64,000 bases of DNA from Labilithrix sp. (GCA_019637155.1 JAHBWE010000017.1:64001-128000); one strand, 5' to 3'. Shown: positions 17,560-26,439, counted from the stretch's first letter. The notes: generated by a model from the letters alone, not told the origin. Numbers and translations: made by a program.

Positions 17560-18549
17560 ATGGCGTTCGCACAGCTCCTCCGCAAGCACTTCTGGGTCGT
17601 CCCGCTGCCGCTCCTGGCGACGGCGGCGCTCCTCAACGCGCAGGCGGTGACCCAGCTCGTGGGGGCGACGATGGCGGTCGACGAGAAGGACCTCGCGCGC
17701 GCCCCCAACGTGTCGCTCCGCGGCGCGGGCGCGGCCGGGTCCGCGTCGGCGCGCAGCACGGACGGCTCGCCGATCATCCATCGCAACGCGTTCGATCACG
17801 TCGCGGGCCCGCTCGACACGAAGCCGGTAGAGGAGAGCGGCGACGGCGAGCCCACCGGACCGATCGACACGAGCGATCCGTGGAGCGCGCCGGCGTGCGA
17901 AGGCGTCGTCGTGAAGGCGATCGCGGCGAGCGACGACGAGGCGTGGTCGTTCGCGTCGTTCGCGGGCGAAGGCGGCAAGCCGCAGCTCGCGCGTCGCGGC
18001 AGCGACGTCGGCGGCAAGACGGTGCACTTCATCGGCTGGGACCGCGTGTGGCTCACGAGCAGCGGCCAGCTCTGCCAGGCCTCGCTCTTCGACGCCAAGA
18101 AGGCGCCGCCCCCCGCCGCGCCGGCCCCCGCGCCCGCGGCGTCGTCCTCCGCCGCCCCGTCCACCGGCGCCCGCCGAGGAGCGCCGCCGCTCTCCGCCGA
18201 CATGAAGAGCGGCATCAAGCAGGTGAGCCCGACCGAGTTCCAGATCGATCGCGGCATCCTCGACAAGATCCTGGAGAACCAGGCCGAGCTCATGCGTCAG
18301 GCGCGCGTCGTGCCGGTGCAGGAGAACGGCAAGGTCGTCGGCGTCCGGCTGAACGGCATCAAGTCCGACGCCCTCCTCGGCGTGCTCGGGATGCAGAACG
18401 GCGACACGCTGAAGACGATCAACGGCTTCGACATGGGCAGCCCCGAGAAGGCGCTCGAGGCATACGCGCGCCTCCGCACCGCCGACAAGCTCACGATCTC
18501 GCTCTCGCGCGGCGGCAAGGACATGAACATCGACTACGCGATCAAGTAG
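17560..18549 (+). CDS. PDZ-domain protein, GspC-like (type II secretion protein C family)
   Basis: N-terminal hydrophobic anchor, Ala/Pro-rich linker, and a C-terminal PDZ domain (VPVQENGKVVGVRLNGIKSDALLGVLGMQNGDTLKTINGFDM). Confidence 0.6.
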   Translation: MAFAQLLRKHFWVVPLPLLATAALLNAQAVTQLVGATMAVDEKDLARAPNVSLRGAGAAGSASARSTDGSPIIHRNAFDHVAGPLDTKPVEESGDGEPTGPIDTSDPWSAPACEGVVVKAIAASDDEAWSFASFAGEGGKPQLARRGSDVGGKTVHFIGWDRVWLTSSGQLCQASLFDAKKAPPPAAPAPAPAASSSAAPSTGARRGAPPLSADMKSGIKQVSPTEFQIDRGILDKILENQAELMRQARVVPVQENGKVVGVRLNGIKSDALLGVLGMQNGDTLKTINGFDMGSPEKALEAYARLRTADKLTISLSRGGKDMNIDYAIK

Positions 18550-18595
18550 TCGCGACCCGCTTCCCCTCCGCGCGCGGCCGATCCATGCTCTCGCC

Positions 18596-19114
18596 ATGGC
18601 CGTCTCCGCGCTCGACCGCGTCCTCGAACGACGCCCGGAGCTCCTCGCGTTTCTGCGCCGCCGCGTGCGCCCCGGCACCGACGTGGAGGATGTCCTCCAG
18701 CACGCCCTCCTGACCGCGACGGCGAAGGTCGCGCAGCTCCGCGACGAAGAGCGCGCGGTGGCGTGGTTCTACCGCATCCTCCGCCGCCGCCTCGCCGACG
18801 AGCGCGCCCGCGCCCGCGCGTGGGACGAGAAGCGCCCGCTGCTCGAAGCCGCTGAGGACGTCGCGCCGGAGGACCCCGCGCTCTGCGCGTGCAGCCTCGG
18901 CCTCCTCGACACGCTCGCCCCCGCGTACGCGGAGGTGGTCCGCCGCGTCGACCTCGGCGACGAGCCCATCGCCGACGTCGCGGCCGCGCTCGGGACGACG
19001 ACGAACAACGTCACCGTGCGCCTCCACCGCGCGCGGAAGAGCCTGCGCGACCGCCTCGCCTCGACGTGCGGGACGACCTCGCTCGGCTCGTGCCTCGAGT
19101 GCGATTGTGTGTAA
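18596..19114 (+). CDS. ECF (sigma-70 group 4) sigma factor with a Cys-rich C-terminal tail, CorE-like
   Basis: Region 2 motif VAWFYRILRRR. Region 4 motif TTNNVTVRLHRARKSLRDRL. A CAC lies in the linker, and the C-terminal extension CGTTSLGSCLECDCV carries 5 Cys. Confidence 0.8.
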   Translation: MAVSALDRVLERRPELLAFLRRRVRPGTDVEDVLQHALLTATAKVAQLRDEERAVAWFYRILRRRLADERARARAWDEKRPLLEAAEDVAPEDPALCACSLGLLDTLAPAYAEVVRRVDLGDEPIADVAAALGTTTNNVTVRLHRARKSLRDRLASTCGTTSLGSCLECDCV

Positions 19115-19123
19115 TCGCGTGTA

Positions 19124-19810
19124 ATGTTCCGCGCGTTTCCTCTGTCTGCCCCGCCGATGAGGAACGTCTTTCACTTCTGCGCCGCCGCGCTCGTGCTCGC
19201 GGCGTGCGCGTCTTCCCCGCCGCCGGCCGGGACCGCGGGCACGCCCCACGGCAAGCTGTCGGAGCTCTCGCGCGTCGAGGGCGACATCGTGCTCTGCGAG
19301 CACAAGGTGCCGGCGCAGGTCTGCACGAAGCACCACCCCGAGCTCGTCGCGCAATTCCAGCGCGCGGGCGACTGGTGCAAGCCGCACGGCGTGCCAGAGT
19401 CGCAGTGCCTCGAGTGCCACCCCGACCTCACCTTCGAGCCGCTCCCGAAGCTGCCCGAGGGCGCCGACGTCGCGTGGCTCTCGAAGGAAGGCGAGGACGT
19501 GCCCGACCTCGACGCGCACGCCGCTCCCGGCAAGGTCACCGTCTTCGAGTTCTACGCGGAGTGGTGCGCGGTCTGCCGCAAGGTCGACGGCCACGTCTAC
19601 AAGCGGCTCGCCGGCGGCGAGACGGAGCTCGCGTACCGCAAGCTCAACATCGTGGAGTGGGAGTCCGCGCTCGGGCAGCGCTACGTGAAGGACGTCCCGA
19701 CGTTGCCGCTCATCATCGTGTACGGACCGAAGGGCAAGCGCTTCCGCGCGCTCTACGGCGCCGACCTCGCGCTCATCGACCGCACGATCGCCGAAGCCCG
19801 CGCGCAATGA
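19124..19810 (+). CDS. thioredoxin-like lipoprotein with an N-terminal Cys/His metal-binding region
   Basis: Lipoprotein signal MRNVFHFCAAALVLAAC. Two CxxxxxxxCxxHHP-like motifs (LCEHKVPAQVCTKHHPEL; WCKPHGVPESQCLECHPDL). The thioredoxin active site is FYAEWCAVCRK. Confidence 0.7.
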   Translation: MFRAFPLSAPPMRNVFHFCAAALVLAACASSPPPAGTAGTPHGKLSELSRVEGDIVLCEHKVPAQVCTKHHPELVAQFQRAGDWCKPHGVPESQCLECHPDLTFEPLPKLPEGADVAWLSKEGEDVPDLDAHAAPGKVTVFEFYAEWCAVCRKVDGHVYKRLAGGETELAYRKLNIVEWESALGQRYVKDVPTLPLIIVYGPKGKRFRALYGADLALIDRTIAEARAQ

Positions 19811-20886
19811 AGCGCCTGACAGCGCTCGCGCTCGTCGCCTTTCTCGGGGCCTCGCTCGCCGAGCGCACCGCCGCCGCGTGCGCGGGGTGCAGCAATCCCA
19901 ATTTGCCGACCGCGCGCACCGCGATTGCCTATTTGCATCCGGGCGAGCTCTCGCTCGCATTCAACCTCACCGCGACGACGATGCACGTCACGCACTCGGA
20001 GCACTGTCCCGACATCGGCCCGATATGCAATCAGCGCGACGAGCCCGCGCAGATTCACGATCAGCGCTTCTACGTCGCCGAGCTCCGCCCCATTCTCGCA
20101 TTGGGCATTACCGATCGCTTCGCGCTCGAGGCGCAGGTGCCGCTCCGCGTCGTGAGCACCACGATCACGTTCCGCCGGCTCGACGGCACCGCGTTCGCGC
20201 CGGACTACCAGAACATCCATCACCGCGACGAGACGCTCTACGGCCTCGGCGATCCGTGGCTCTTCGGCCGGATGACGGGCGCGGTCGGCGCGCTCGCGGT
20301 CACGGCGCGCGCGGGGGTCGCGCTGCCGGTCGGGAGCACGGAGGAGGACCCCTTCGCGCGCGGACGCGCCGGCCTCGAGCACCAGCACATCCAGTTCGGC
20401 ACCGGCACGTTCGCCCCGGTCTTCGCGCTCGACGCCGGTCGTTCGTTCGGGAGCGTGCGCGCCGGCGGCTACGCGCAGGCGATGCTCTTCGTCTACGAGA
20501 ACGCCCGGCGCTACCTCGCGGGCAACCGCTACACGGCGGGCGTCGCCGGCGACGTCGAGGTCGTGAAGCGGCTCCGCGTCGGCCTCGGCGCGGACGTGCT
20601 GAACGAGCAGCCCGAGCGGTGGCGCCGCGTCATCCAGCAAGACGGCAACGTCGGCCGCACCGACGTGCTCGCCGGCGGCATGGTGAGCTACGCCCTCGAC
20701 ACGCTCGTGCTCTCCGCTTCGATCCGCGTGCCGGTCTACCAGCACTTCATCGATCCGGGTCACACCCACGACCAGGACCCGGGCCAGCTCACCTACCCCG
20801 CGATCGTGAACCTCGCGCTCGCGACGACGTTCGGCGGACCGAAGGTGGATCCACGTCCGAAGAGCGGGATCCTCCCGCCGCCCTGA
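19807..20886 (+). CDS. putative outer-membrane beta-barrel protein (MetA-pathway/transporter-like)
   Basis: The ATG overlaps the upstream stop as ATGA. Signal peptide MKRLTALALVAFLGASLA. The pattern alternates hydrophobic and polar residues with many Gly and aromatics, and a near-terminal LALATTF resembles a beta-barrel C-terminal strand. Confidence 0.5.
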   Translation: MKRLTALALVAFLGASLAERTAAACAGCSNPNLPTARTAIAYLHPGELSLAFNLTATTMHVTHSEHCPDIGPICNQRDEPAQIHDQRFYVAELRPILALGITDRFALEAQVPLRVVSTTITFRRLDGTAFAPDYQNIHHRDETLYGLGDPWLFGRMTGAVGALAVTARAGVALPVGSTEEDPFARGRAGLEHQHIQFGTGTFAPVFALDAGRSFGSVRAGGYAQAMLFVYENARRYLAGNRYTAGVAGDVEVVKRLRVGLGADVLNEQPERWRRVIQQDGNVGRTDVLAGGMVSYALDTLVLSASIRVPVYQHFIDPGHTHDQDPGQLTYPAIVNLALATTFGGPKVDPRPKSGILPPP

Positions 20887-21473
20887 CCTCCCGCCAGGAT
20901 CTGGAGCCCGAGGAGGACGAGGACGATCGGCAGGACGACGCGCCCGTAGCGCCGGACCTTGCTCCTCACCGCTTGGTTGTCGACGAGGCGGAACGCGAGC
21001 GCGCACCAGAGCGCGGTCATCACCGCGAAGACGGGGACGTAGACGAAGAGGTGCCGTCGCTCGACCGCGAAGAGCGGGACGTACACGCCGAGGTTGTCGC
21101 CGCCGTTCGCGATCGTCACCGCCGCGACGGCGAGGACCTGCGACGCACCGGCGAGCCGCTCCTTCGGCGGCCCGCCCTCGTCCACGCCGCGCGCGCGAAG
21201 GACCTCGACGCCTTTGTACAGCCCGAGCGCGAGCGGAACGATCCCGACGAGCGAGATCCATCGCGCGGGGACCGCGACGGCGAAGGCGGCCACCGCCACG
21301 CTCGCGCCGACGAGGACGGCGATCCCGAGGACCTGCCCGCCGACGACCGCGCGCGGCCGCAGCGTCGGATCCGCGAAGAGGACCGTGAGGAGCACGACGT
21401 CGTCGACGTTAGTGCTCGCGAAGACGACGACACCTTTCACGAACGTCGCCAGGAGCTCGCTTGAAGCGATCAC
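20793..21473 (-). CDS. cadD: cadmium-resistance transporter CadD family protein
   Basis: GTG at 21473 with AAGAGG 8 nt upstream. Family motifs TNVDDVVLLTVLFA and TIANGGDNLGVYVPLFA. About 6 transmembrane segments. Confidence 0.75.
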   Translation of the reverse strand: MIASSELLATFVKGVVVFASTNVDDVVLLTVLFADPTLRPRAVVGGQVLGIAVLVGASVAVAAFAVAVPARWISLVGIVPLALGLYKGVEVLRARGVDEGGPPKERLAGASQVLAVAAVTIANGGDNLGVYVPLFAVERRHLFVYVPVFAVMTALWCALAFRLVDNQAVRSKVRRYGRVVLPIVLVLLGLQILAGGQGGGRIPLFGRGSTFGPPNVVASARFTIAG

Positions 21474-21557
21474 GCGTCCGCCTCTTTCGGCGGCCGCGCT
21501 TGACCGCGCCGGCGGCCGAGCGATGATGATCCAAGCCCGGCCGCGGGTCCGTGTTCC

Positions 21558-21818
21558 ATGCTCATGCCGCGCCTCCTTGCCCTCGTCGCCGTCGCCCTCG
21601 CCGCCGGGTGCGCGGCGCCGCGCACGGCCGAGGGGGTCACGCCGATCATCCACGTGAGCCCGGGCGTCGCGGGGCGACTCGCGCTGATGGATCGGTACCG
21701 CCTCCACGACGAGGAGCGGAAGCTCATGATGCAGCGGCCGCGCGTGTGGGTCGAAGAGGTCGAGGAGGAAGAAGAGGAGGAGCCCGTCGGCGTCAACGAC
21801 GCGGACGCTGCACGATGA
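21558..21818 (+). CDS. small lipoprotein, hypothetical
   Basis: Signal peptide with lipobox MLMPRLLALVAVALAAGCAAP. Acidic C-terminus (EEVEEEEEEE). Confidence 0.35.
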   Translation: MLMPRLLALVAVALAAGCAAPRTAEGVTPIIHVSPGVAGRLALMDRYRLHDEERKLMMQRPRVWVEEVEEEEEEEPVGVNDADAAR

Positions 21819-22347
21819 CCTCCGGGCTGCCGCCGCGGCCCTGAGGGCGCGGCGGCAGCCCGAGGCCCCGACGCTGCGCCTCACGGAGGAGCGCGTTGCG
21901 GCGGGTGTGCGGCGTGCCCTCGCGATCGTCGAGCGACTCGAGGAGCGCCTCGTCGGTGAGGTCGTAAGGCCACCCGGTCGGCGCGGGAAACGACTCGACG
22001 TTGCCGCGCAACATGCCGCCTGGCTCGCGCACGGCTTGCCGGTCGCGCAGCAAGTCTTGCATCCAGCCGAGCGCGGCGTCGCGCTCGCCCGGCTCGACGT
22101 CGAGGGAGCTCAGGATCGAGCCGAGGATCTGGACGTGGAGCGGCTCGAACTTCGTCGCCTTCACGAGCACGTCGTCCGGCGTGACGAGCGCGCGGACGAA
22201 GCAGTCCTCCGGATCGTCGGCGCCGAGCCCGATCTCGACGCGCGACTCGGCGAAATACGAGCGGAGGTGGATGGGCGCGTTCGGGTCCTTGAGGTGGAGG
22301 TGCGGCCGCGACGCTTGGTAATCCAGGTTCACGATCTTCCAGGGCAT
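21793..22347 (-). CDS. hypothetical protein
   Basis: Protein-like composition from MPWKIVNLDYQASRPHLHLKDPNAPIHL... No family recognised. Start taken at the second Met. Confidence 0.4.
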   Translation of the reverse strand: MPWKIVNLDYQASRPHLHLKDPNAPIHLRSYFAESRVEIGLGADDPEDCFVRALVTPDDVLVKATKFEPLHVQILGSILSSLDVEPGERDAALGWMQDLLRDRQAVREPGGMLRGNVESFPAPTGWPYDLTDEALLESLDDREGTPHTRRNALLREAQRRGLGLPPRPQGRGGSPEVIVQRPRR

Positions 22348-22394
22348 CGCCGCGCACCTTACTGGCACTCGTCCTGCATCGTCGACCTCCGTCG

Positions 22395-22946
22395 ATGTCC
22401 GTCTATGCCGCGCGCGATCTCGTCCGGGTGCCCGGGCTCATCAGCTTCACGCGCCTGCCGCTCGCCGTCGTCTTCGCCGCCCACGTCCGGAACGCGCCGA
22501 TCGCGCTCGGCGCCCTCGCGCTCGCGGGCCTCTCCGACGTGCTCGACGGCTGGGTCGCGCGCCGCTTCCACCAGGAGACCCCCGCCGGCGCGGTGCTCGA
22601 CGCGGTCACGGACAAGCTGTTCGTCGGCGTCGTCGCCGTCGCGCTCGTCGTCTCCGGCGCGCTCACGCTCACTGAGGCCCTTTTGCTCGGGGTGCGCGAC
22701 GTGGGCGAGCTCGCGATCGCGCTCCGCCTCGCGGCGAAGGACTGGCACACGCTCTTCCGGCCGCACCCGCACGCGCCGTTCGGCAAGCTGACGACGTTGC
22801 TCCAGTTCGGCGCGGTCATCGCGGCGGTCGTGCGCTGGCCCGGCCTCCACGTCCTCGCCGGCGCGACCGCGATCGCGGGCGTGCTCGCGACGGTGAGCTA
22901 CTGGCGAGCGGAGGGCCGGACGGAGGATAGAATCGGCCACGCATGA
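22395..22946 (+). CDS. CDP-alcohol phosphatidyltransferase family protein
   Basis: Signature DG(x)2AR...G(x)3D(x)3D is present as SDVLDGWVARRF...AGAVLDAVTDK. Multi-pass membrane topology. Confidence 0.75.
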   Translation: MSVYAARDLVRVPGLISFTRLPLAVVFAAHVRNAPIALGALALAGLSDVLDGWVARRFHQETPAGAVLDAVTDKLFVGVVAVALVVSGALTLTEALLLGVRDVGELAIALRLAAKDWHTLFRPHPHAPFGKLTTLLQFGAVIAAVVRWPGLHVLAGATAIAGVLATVSYWRAEGRTEDRIGHA

Positions 22947-23773
22947 ATTTCGTCCCGCAGGTGGACCCGACGCACGCGCACGCGCGACGGACGTGGTTCG
23001 TGGTCCATCCCAAAGGCCTCGTCGCGCGGCGCGACGGCGAGCGCATCGTCTTCCCGTCCGACGAGGACGTCGCGGCGCTCGGCCTCGACGCGAAGGACGC
23101 GCATCGCCTCGGCTCGCTCGACGACACCGACGCGCTCGTCGTCCCCATCGCCGGCCGCATCGAGGCGCCGTTCGAGCTCTTCGCGCTCCGCGCGCTCGCG
23201 GCGATGCTCGACGCGTCGCTCTTCGGCGTGGCGGGCCGCGCGATGCACACCGCCGACTGGCTCACGACGAGCCGCTTCTGCGGGCGCTGCGGGACGAAGA
23301 CGGCGCCGCACGACAGCGAGCGCGCGATGGCGTGTCCGACCTGCAGGCTCCATCTCTACCCGCGCATCTCTCCCGCGATCATCACGCTCGTCCGCAAAGG
23401 CGACCTCGCGTTGCTCGCGTCGAACGCGAAGTTCCCCGGCGTCTTTTACAGCACGCTCGCGGGCTTCGCGGAGATCGGCGAGTCGCTCGAAGAGACGCTC
23501 GTGCGCGAGGTGCGGGAGGAGTCCGGCGTCACGGTCGGAGACGTCCGCTACTTCGGGAGCCAGCCGTGGCCGTTCCCGAACTCGCTCATGATCGCCTTCA
23601 CCGCGGAGTGGCGCGCGGGAGAGATCGCGATCGATCCGACCGAGCTGTCCGACGCGAAGTGGTTCGCGATCGACGATCTGCCGATGATCCCGCCTCCTCT
23701 CAGCATCGCGCGCCAGCTCATCGACGCGTGGATCGCCGACGTCCGCGCGCGGCGGTCGGGCGCGTCGTCCTGA
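22943..23773 (+). CDS. nudC: NAD+ diphosphatase NudC (Nudix hydrolase with zinc ribbon)
   Basis: Zinc ribbon CGRCGTKT...CPTC. Nudix box GFAEIGESLEETLVREVREESGV. The ATG overlaps the upstream stop (ATGA). Confidence 0.85.
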   Translation: MNFVPQVDPTHAHARRTWFVVHPKGLVARRDGERIVFPSDEDVAALGLDAKDAHRLGSLDDTDALVVPIAGRIEAPFELFALRALAAMLDASLFGVAGRAMHTADWLTTSRFCGRCGTKTAPHDSERAMACPTCRLHLYPRISPAIITLVRKGDLALLASNAKFPGVFYSTLAGFAEIGESLEETLVREVREESGVTVGDVRYFGSQPWPFPNSLMIAFTAEWRAGEIAIDPTELSDAKWFAIDDLPMIPPPLSIARQLIDAWIADVRARRSGASS

Positions 23774-23946
23774 TCCGCTCCGCCTCAGGGCTTCACGTTC
23801 GCGGTGAAGCGGAGGTTGCCGCCGTTGGCGTTCCTTGTCCTGGTTCCGTCGTCGCCGCACGCCGCGACAGCAGAGAGGAGCAGCAACGCGATCGCCCGAG
23901 TCATGACGACTGTAGGGGTAAGTGGAATGCCAGCCCATATCGCGTT

Positions 23947-23974
23947 TTGACGGACGTTAACTACTTGATATTAT
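23947..23974 (+). promoter_or_regulatory. candidate sigma-A-type promoter (TTGACG-16-TATTAT) in an AT-rich island upstream of the 24077 gene
   Basis: TTGACG at 23947..23952, a 16-nt spacer, then TATTAT at 23969..23974. The site sits in an unusually AT-rich stretch of roughly 60 bp, with an AAGGAG RBS before the ATG at 24077. Confidence 0.3.
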
Positions 23975-24076
23975 GCATCTATCCTGGAACGAGGGGCGCT
24001 CATGACTGGGCGGCCGTAAAGCACCGTAAACCCCGGCATTCCTCGCGCGGCCCGCCCGTCTGTCCCTCACAAGGAG

Positions 24077-24451
24077 ATGATGAACATGCGTTCGAAGATG
24101 ATCGGTCTGGTGGTCGTGGCGTTTGGTGTCCTCGCGGCGGTCCCCGCCTTCGCGGACGACAAGCCGAGCTTTCCGATGCCGGCCGCGACGTTCAAGCAGC
24201 GTGTCGACGCGCGCCAGGCGAAGGCGCGCGAGCACATGGAGAAGCGGGCGAGCAAGCTCACGGCGGAGCAAGCGAAGGAGCTCCGCGCGAAGTTCGAGGC
24301 GAACATCGCGAAGGTCAACGCCGAGGTCGCAAAGGCGATCGCCGACGGCACCGTCACGAAGGACGAAGCCGCCGCCGTCCGCGCCGCCTCCCCGCACCGC
24401 GGCGGCCACGCCGGCGGCGGCCATTGCGACAAGGGCAAACCGGGCGCCTGA
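24077..24451 (+). CDS. small secreted Lys/Ala/Glu-rich protein, hypothetical
   Basis: Strong RBS (AAGGAGATGATGAACATG). Signal peptide MIGLVVVAFGVLAAVPAFA. Helical KAxE-rich sequence and a C-terminal His/Gly/Cys motif HRGGHAGGGHCDKGKPGA. Confidence 0.6.
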   Translation: MMNMRSKMIGLVVVAFGVLAAVPAFADDKPSFPMPAATFKQRVDARQAKAREHMEKRASKLTAEQAKELRAKFEANIAKVNAEVAKAIADGTVTKDEAAAVRAASPHRGGHAGGGHCDKGKPGA

Positions 24452-24453
24452 GT

Positions 24454-25016
24454 CTCTTCATGGTCGGGGGCTCTGCCCCCGACACCCCCGCCCCGCGACC
24501 ACGGCCCTCTCTTCATGGTCGGGGGCTCTGCCCCCGACACCCCCGCCCCGCGACCACGGCCCTCGCGCTTTCGCGCTCGGGTTGCTTCGCAACCGCTGGG
24601 GCGGCCGCGGTCGCGGGGCCCCCGCTTCCCCCGCTGCGTCGCGCACGGACGTCGCTGCGCTCGGGGCGCTTCGCAACCGCTGGGGCGGCCGCGGTCGCGG
24701 GGCCCCCGCTTTCCCCGCTGCGTCGCGCCCGACCCTCGCACTCACGCGAAGGCCCCAGAAGCGATCTCGCCGCCGCATCGCGCACGGCCGTCACGCTCGC
24801 CTGCGCATGCGAGCGCCAAATCCGGCCCCATGAGCGCGGCGATTGGCAGCGGCCCCCAGCAGCGGGCCCGCTCGCATGGCCCTCACGCTCACCCGCGGCG
24901 CGCGCGAGGGGCCCCAGAAGCGGCCGCGCAAGCGGGCGCGCAGCGCCCCGAGCGCGAAGCGCGAGGGTCGTGTCTGGGGTGGGGGTGTCGGGGGCGAAGC
25001 CCCCGACGTTGAGTAA
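24454..25016. mobile_element. foldback/MITE-like non-coding element with roughly 42-bp terminal inverted repeats (left terminal repeat duplicated in tandem)
   Basis: The left end is tctcttcatggtcgggggctctgcccccgacacccccgccccgcgaccacggccc, present twice in tandem. The right end ggggtgggggtgtcgggggcgaagcccccgacgttgagtaa is its inverted complement. The 9-bp palindrome gtcgggggc-NNN-gcccccgac sits in every copy. The interior holds two further 60-bp direct repeats (gcttcgcaaccgctggggcggccgcggtcgcggggccccc). There is no protein-like ORF. Confidence 0.5.
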
Positions 25017-25137
25017 CCAAGTTTCAGGAAATTTTCTCCTGTGATCTCGGCAGGATCTTGCACCTGTCTGCAGGGCGGGTCGTCGATTTGCGCGTCGGAC
25101 GTCGACAATCGGCGAGTGTGCGCTAAGGACGGCGCCC

Positions 25138-26439
25138 ATGGCGAACGTGCTTGGTGGGGCGGCCCGTGCGGGCATTTGGCTGTTGATCGTGGCGGGAGCC
25201 GCTTGTGCACCGAGCGATGCGACGGAGGAGTCGGCCTCCGAGCTGAACGCGACGGCGAACGACGATCCGTGGGGGCCGCGCTCCGTGCTGCCGAGCGGCA
25301 CACCGGTGGAGAACCGTCCGCCGAACGCTTCGAGTCAGCGACCGGCATTTCGCGGGCAGACGCGCTCCCCCGGCGATCGCACGAACGTCGCCTTCGACGT
25401 GCGCGTCACGGCGAGCGGCCTCTCGCGGCCGTGGGCGATCGCGTTCCTCCCCGACGGCGCGAAGCTCGTGACCGAGCGGCCGGGCCGGATGCGCATCATC
25501 GCGGAGAACGGCGCCCTCTCCGAGCCGCTCGCCGGGCTCCCCGCGATCGCGGCGCGCGGCCAGGGAGGTTTGCTCGACGTCGTGCTCGCGCCGTCGTTCG
25601 CAGAGACCTCGCAGATCTACTTCACGTACTCCGAGCCGCGGACCGGCGGCAACGGCCTCGTCCTCGCCCGCGCGAAGCTGGTGCGCGGCGCGACCCCGTC
25701 GCTCACGAACGTCGAGTCGATCTGGCGCATGACGCAGACGAGCAGCTCGAGCGTCCACTTCGGCTCGCGCATCGTGTTCGATCGCGACGGCCACGTCTTC
25801 GTCACCGTCGGCGAGCGCGGCGTGAGCAACGGCGCCGGCAACGCGCGCGATCTCGGAAGCTCCTACGGCAAGGTGATCCGCCTCAACCTCGACGGCAGCA
25901 TCCCGCTCGACAACCCGTACGTGAATCGTCCGGGCGCGCTCCCGGAGGTGTTCTCGAGCGGTCACCGCAACCCGCAGTCGGCCGCGCTCCACCCGAAGAC
26001 AGGCCAGCTCTGGACGGTCGAGCACGGGGCGCGGGGCGGCGACGAGGTCAACATCATCCGCCCCGGCAAGGACTACGGCTGGCCGACGGTGACGTACGGC
26101 ATCGACTACTCCGGCGCGACGATCGGTTCCGGCGTCACGGCCGCCGCCGGCATCGAGCAGCCGGTCTACTACTGGGATCCCGTCATCGCGCCGGCGGGCG
26201 CTGCGTTCTACGACGCGGCGGCGTTCCCGGCGTGGCGCGGCAGCCTCTTCGTCGGCGGGCTCGCCGGAGAGCACCTCGTTCGCCTCACGATCTCCGAGGA
26301 TCGCGTCGTCGGCGAGGAGCGCCTCCTCACCGCCCGCCGCGCCCGCATCCGCGACGTGCGCGTCGGCCCGGCCGGCACGATCTTCGTGAGCGACGAGACG
26401 AACGGCCAGATCCTCGAGCTCGTCCCGCGCGGTTCTTGA
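25138..26439 (+). CDS. PQQ-dependent sugar dehydrogenase (soluble glucose/sorbosone dehydrogenase family) lipoprotein
   Basis: Signal peptide with lipobox LLIVAGAACA. Beta-propeller family motifs RPWAIAFLPDG, SGHRNPQS, GGDEVN, GKDYGWP and the C-terminal GTIFVSDETNGQI. Confidence 0.85.
   Translation: MANVLGGAARAGIWLLIVAGAACAPSDATEESASELNATANDDPWGPRSVLPSGTPVENRPPNASSQRPAFRGQTRSPGDRTNVAFDVRVTASGLSRPWAIAFLPDGAKLVTERPGRMRIIAENGALSEPLAGLPAIAARGQGGLLDVVLAPSFAETSQIYFTYSEPRTGGNGLVLARAKLVRGATPSLTNVESIWRMTQTSSSSVHFGSRIVFDRDGHVFVTVGERGVSNGAGNARDLGSSYGKVIRLNLDGSIPLDNPYVNRPGALPEVFSSGHRNPQSAALHPKTGQLWTVEHGARGGDEVNIIRPGKDYGWPTVTYGIDYSGATIGSGVTAAAGIEQPVYYWDPVIAPAGAAFYDAAAFPAWRGSLFVGGLAGEHLVRLTISEDRVVGEERLLTARRARIRDVRVGPAGTIFVSDETNGQILELVPRGS

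Noticed and set aside
23785-23904. 39-aa mini-lipoprotein ORF on the minus strand (MTRAIALLLLSAVAACGDDG...)
   Set aside because: It has a plausible signal and lipobox but no recognisable RBS, and it is very short. It is kept only as a note, not called.
23981-24000. Sigma-54 promoter (TGGAAC...GCGC) upstream of the 24077 gene
   Set aside because: It does not match the TGGCAC-N5-TTGC spacing or consensus. A sigma-70-like TTGACG-16-TATTAT fits better.
24123-24833. ORFs inside the foldback element (24123..24833 +, 24067..24741 -, 24513..25301 -)
   Set aside because: They run through tandem and inverted DNA repeats and give Arg/Pro/Gly-rich low-complexity translations. The repeats are better explained as non-coding.
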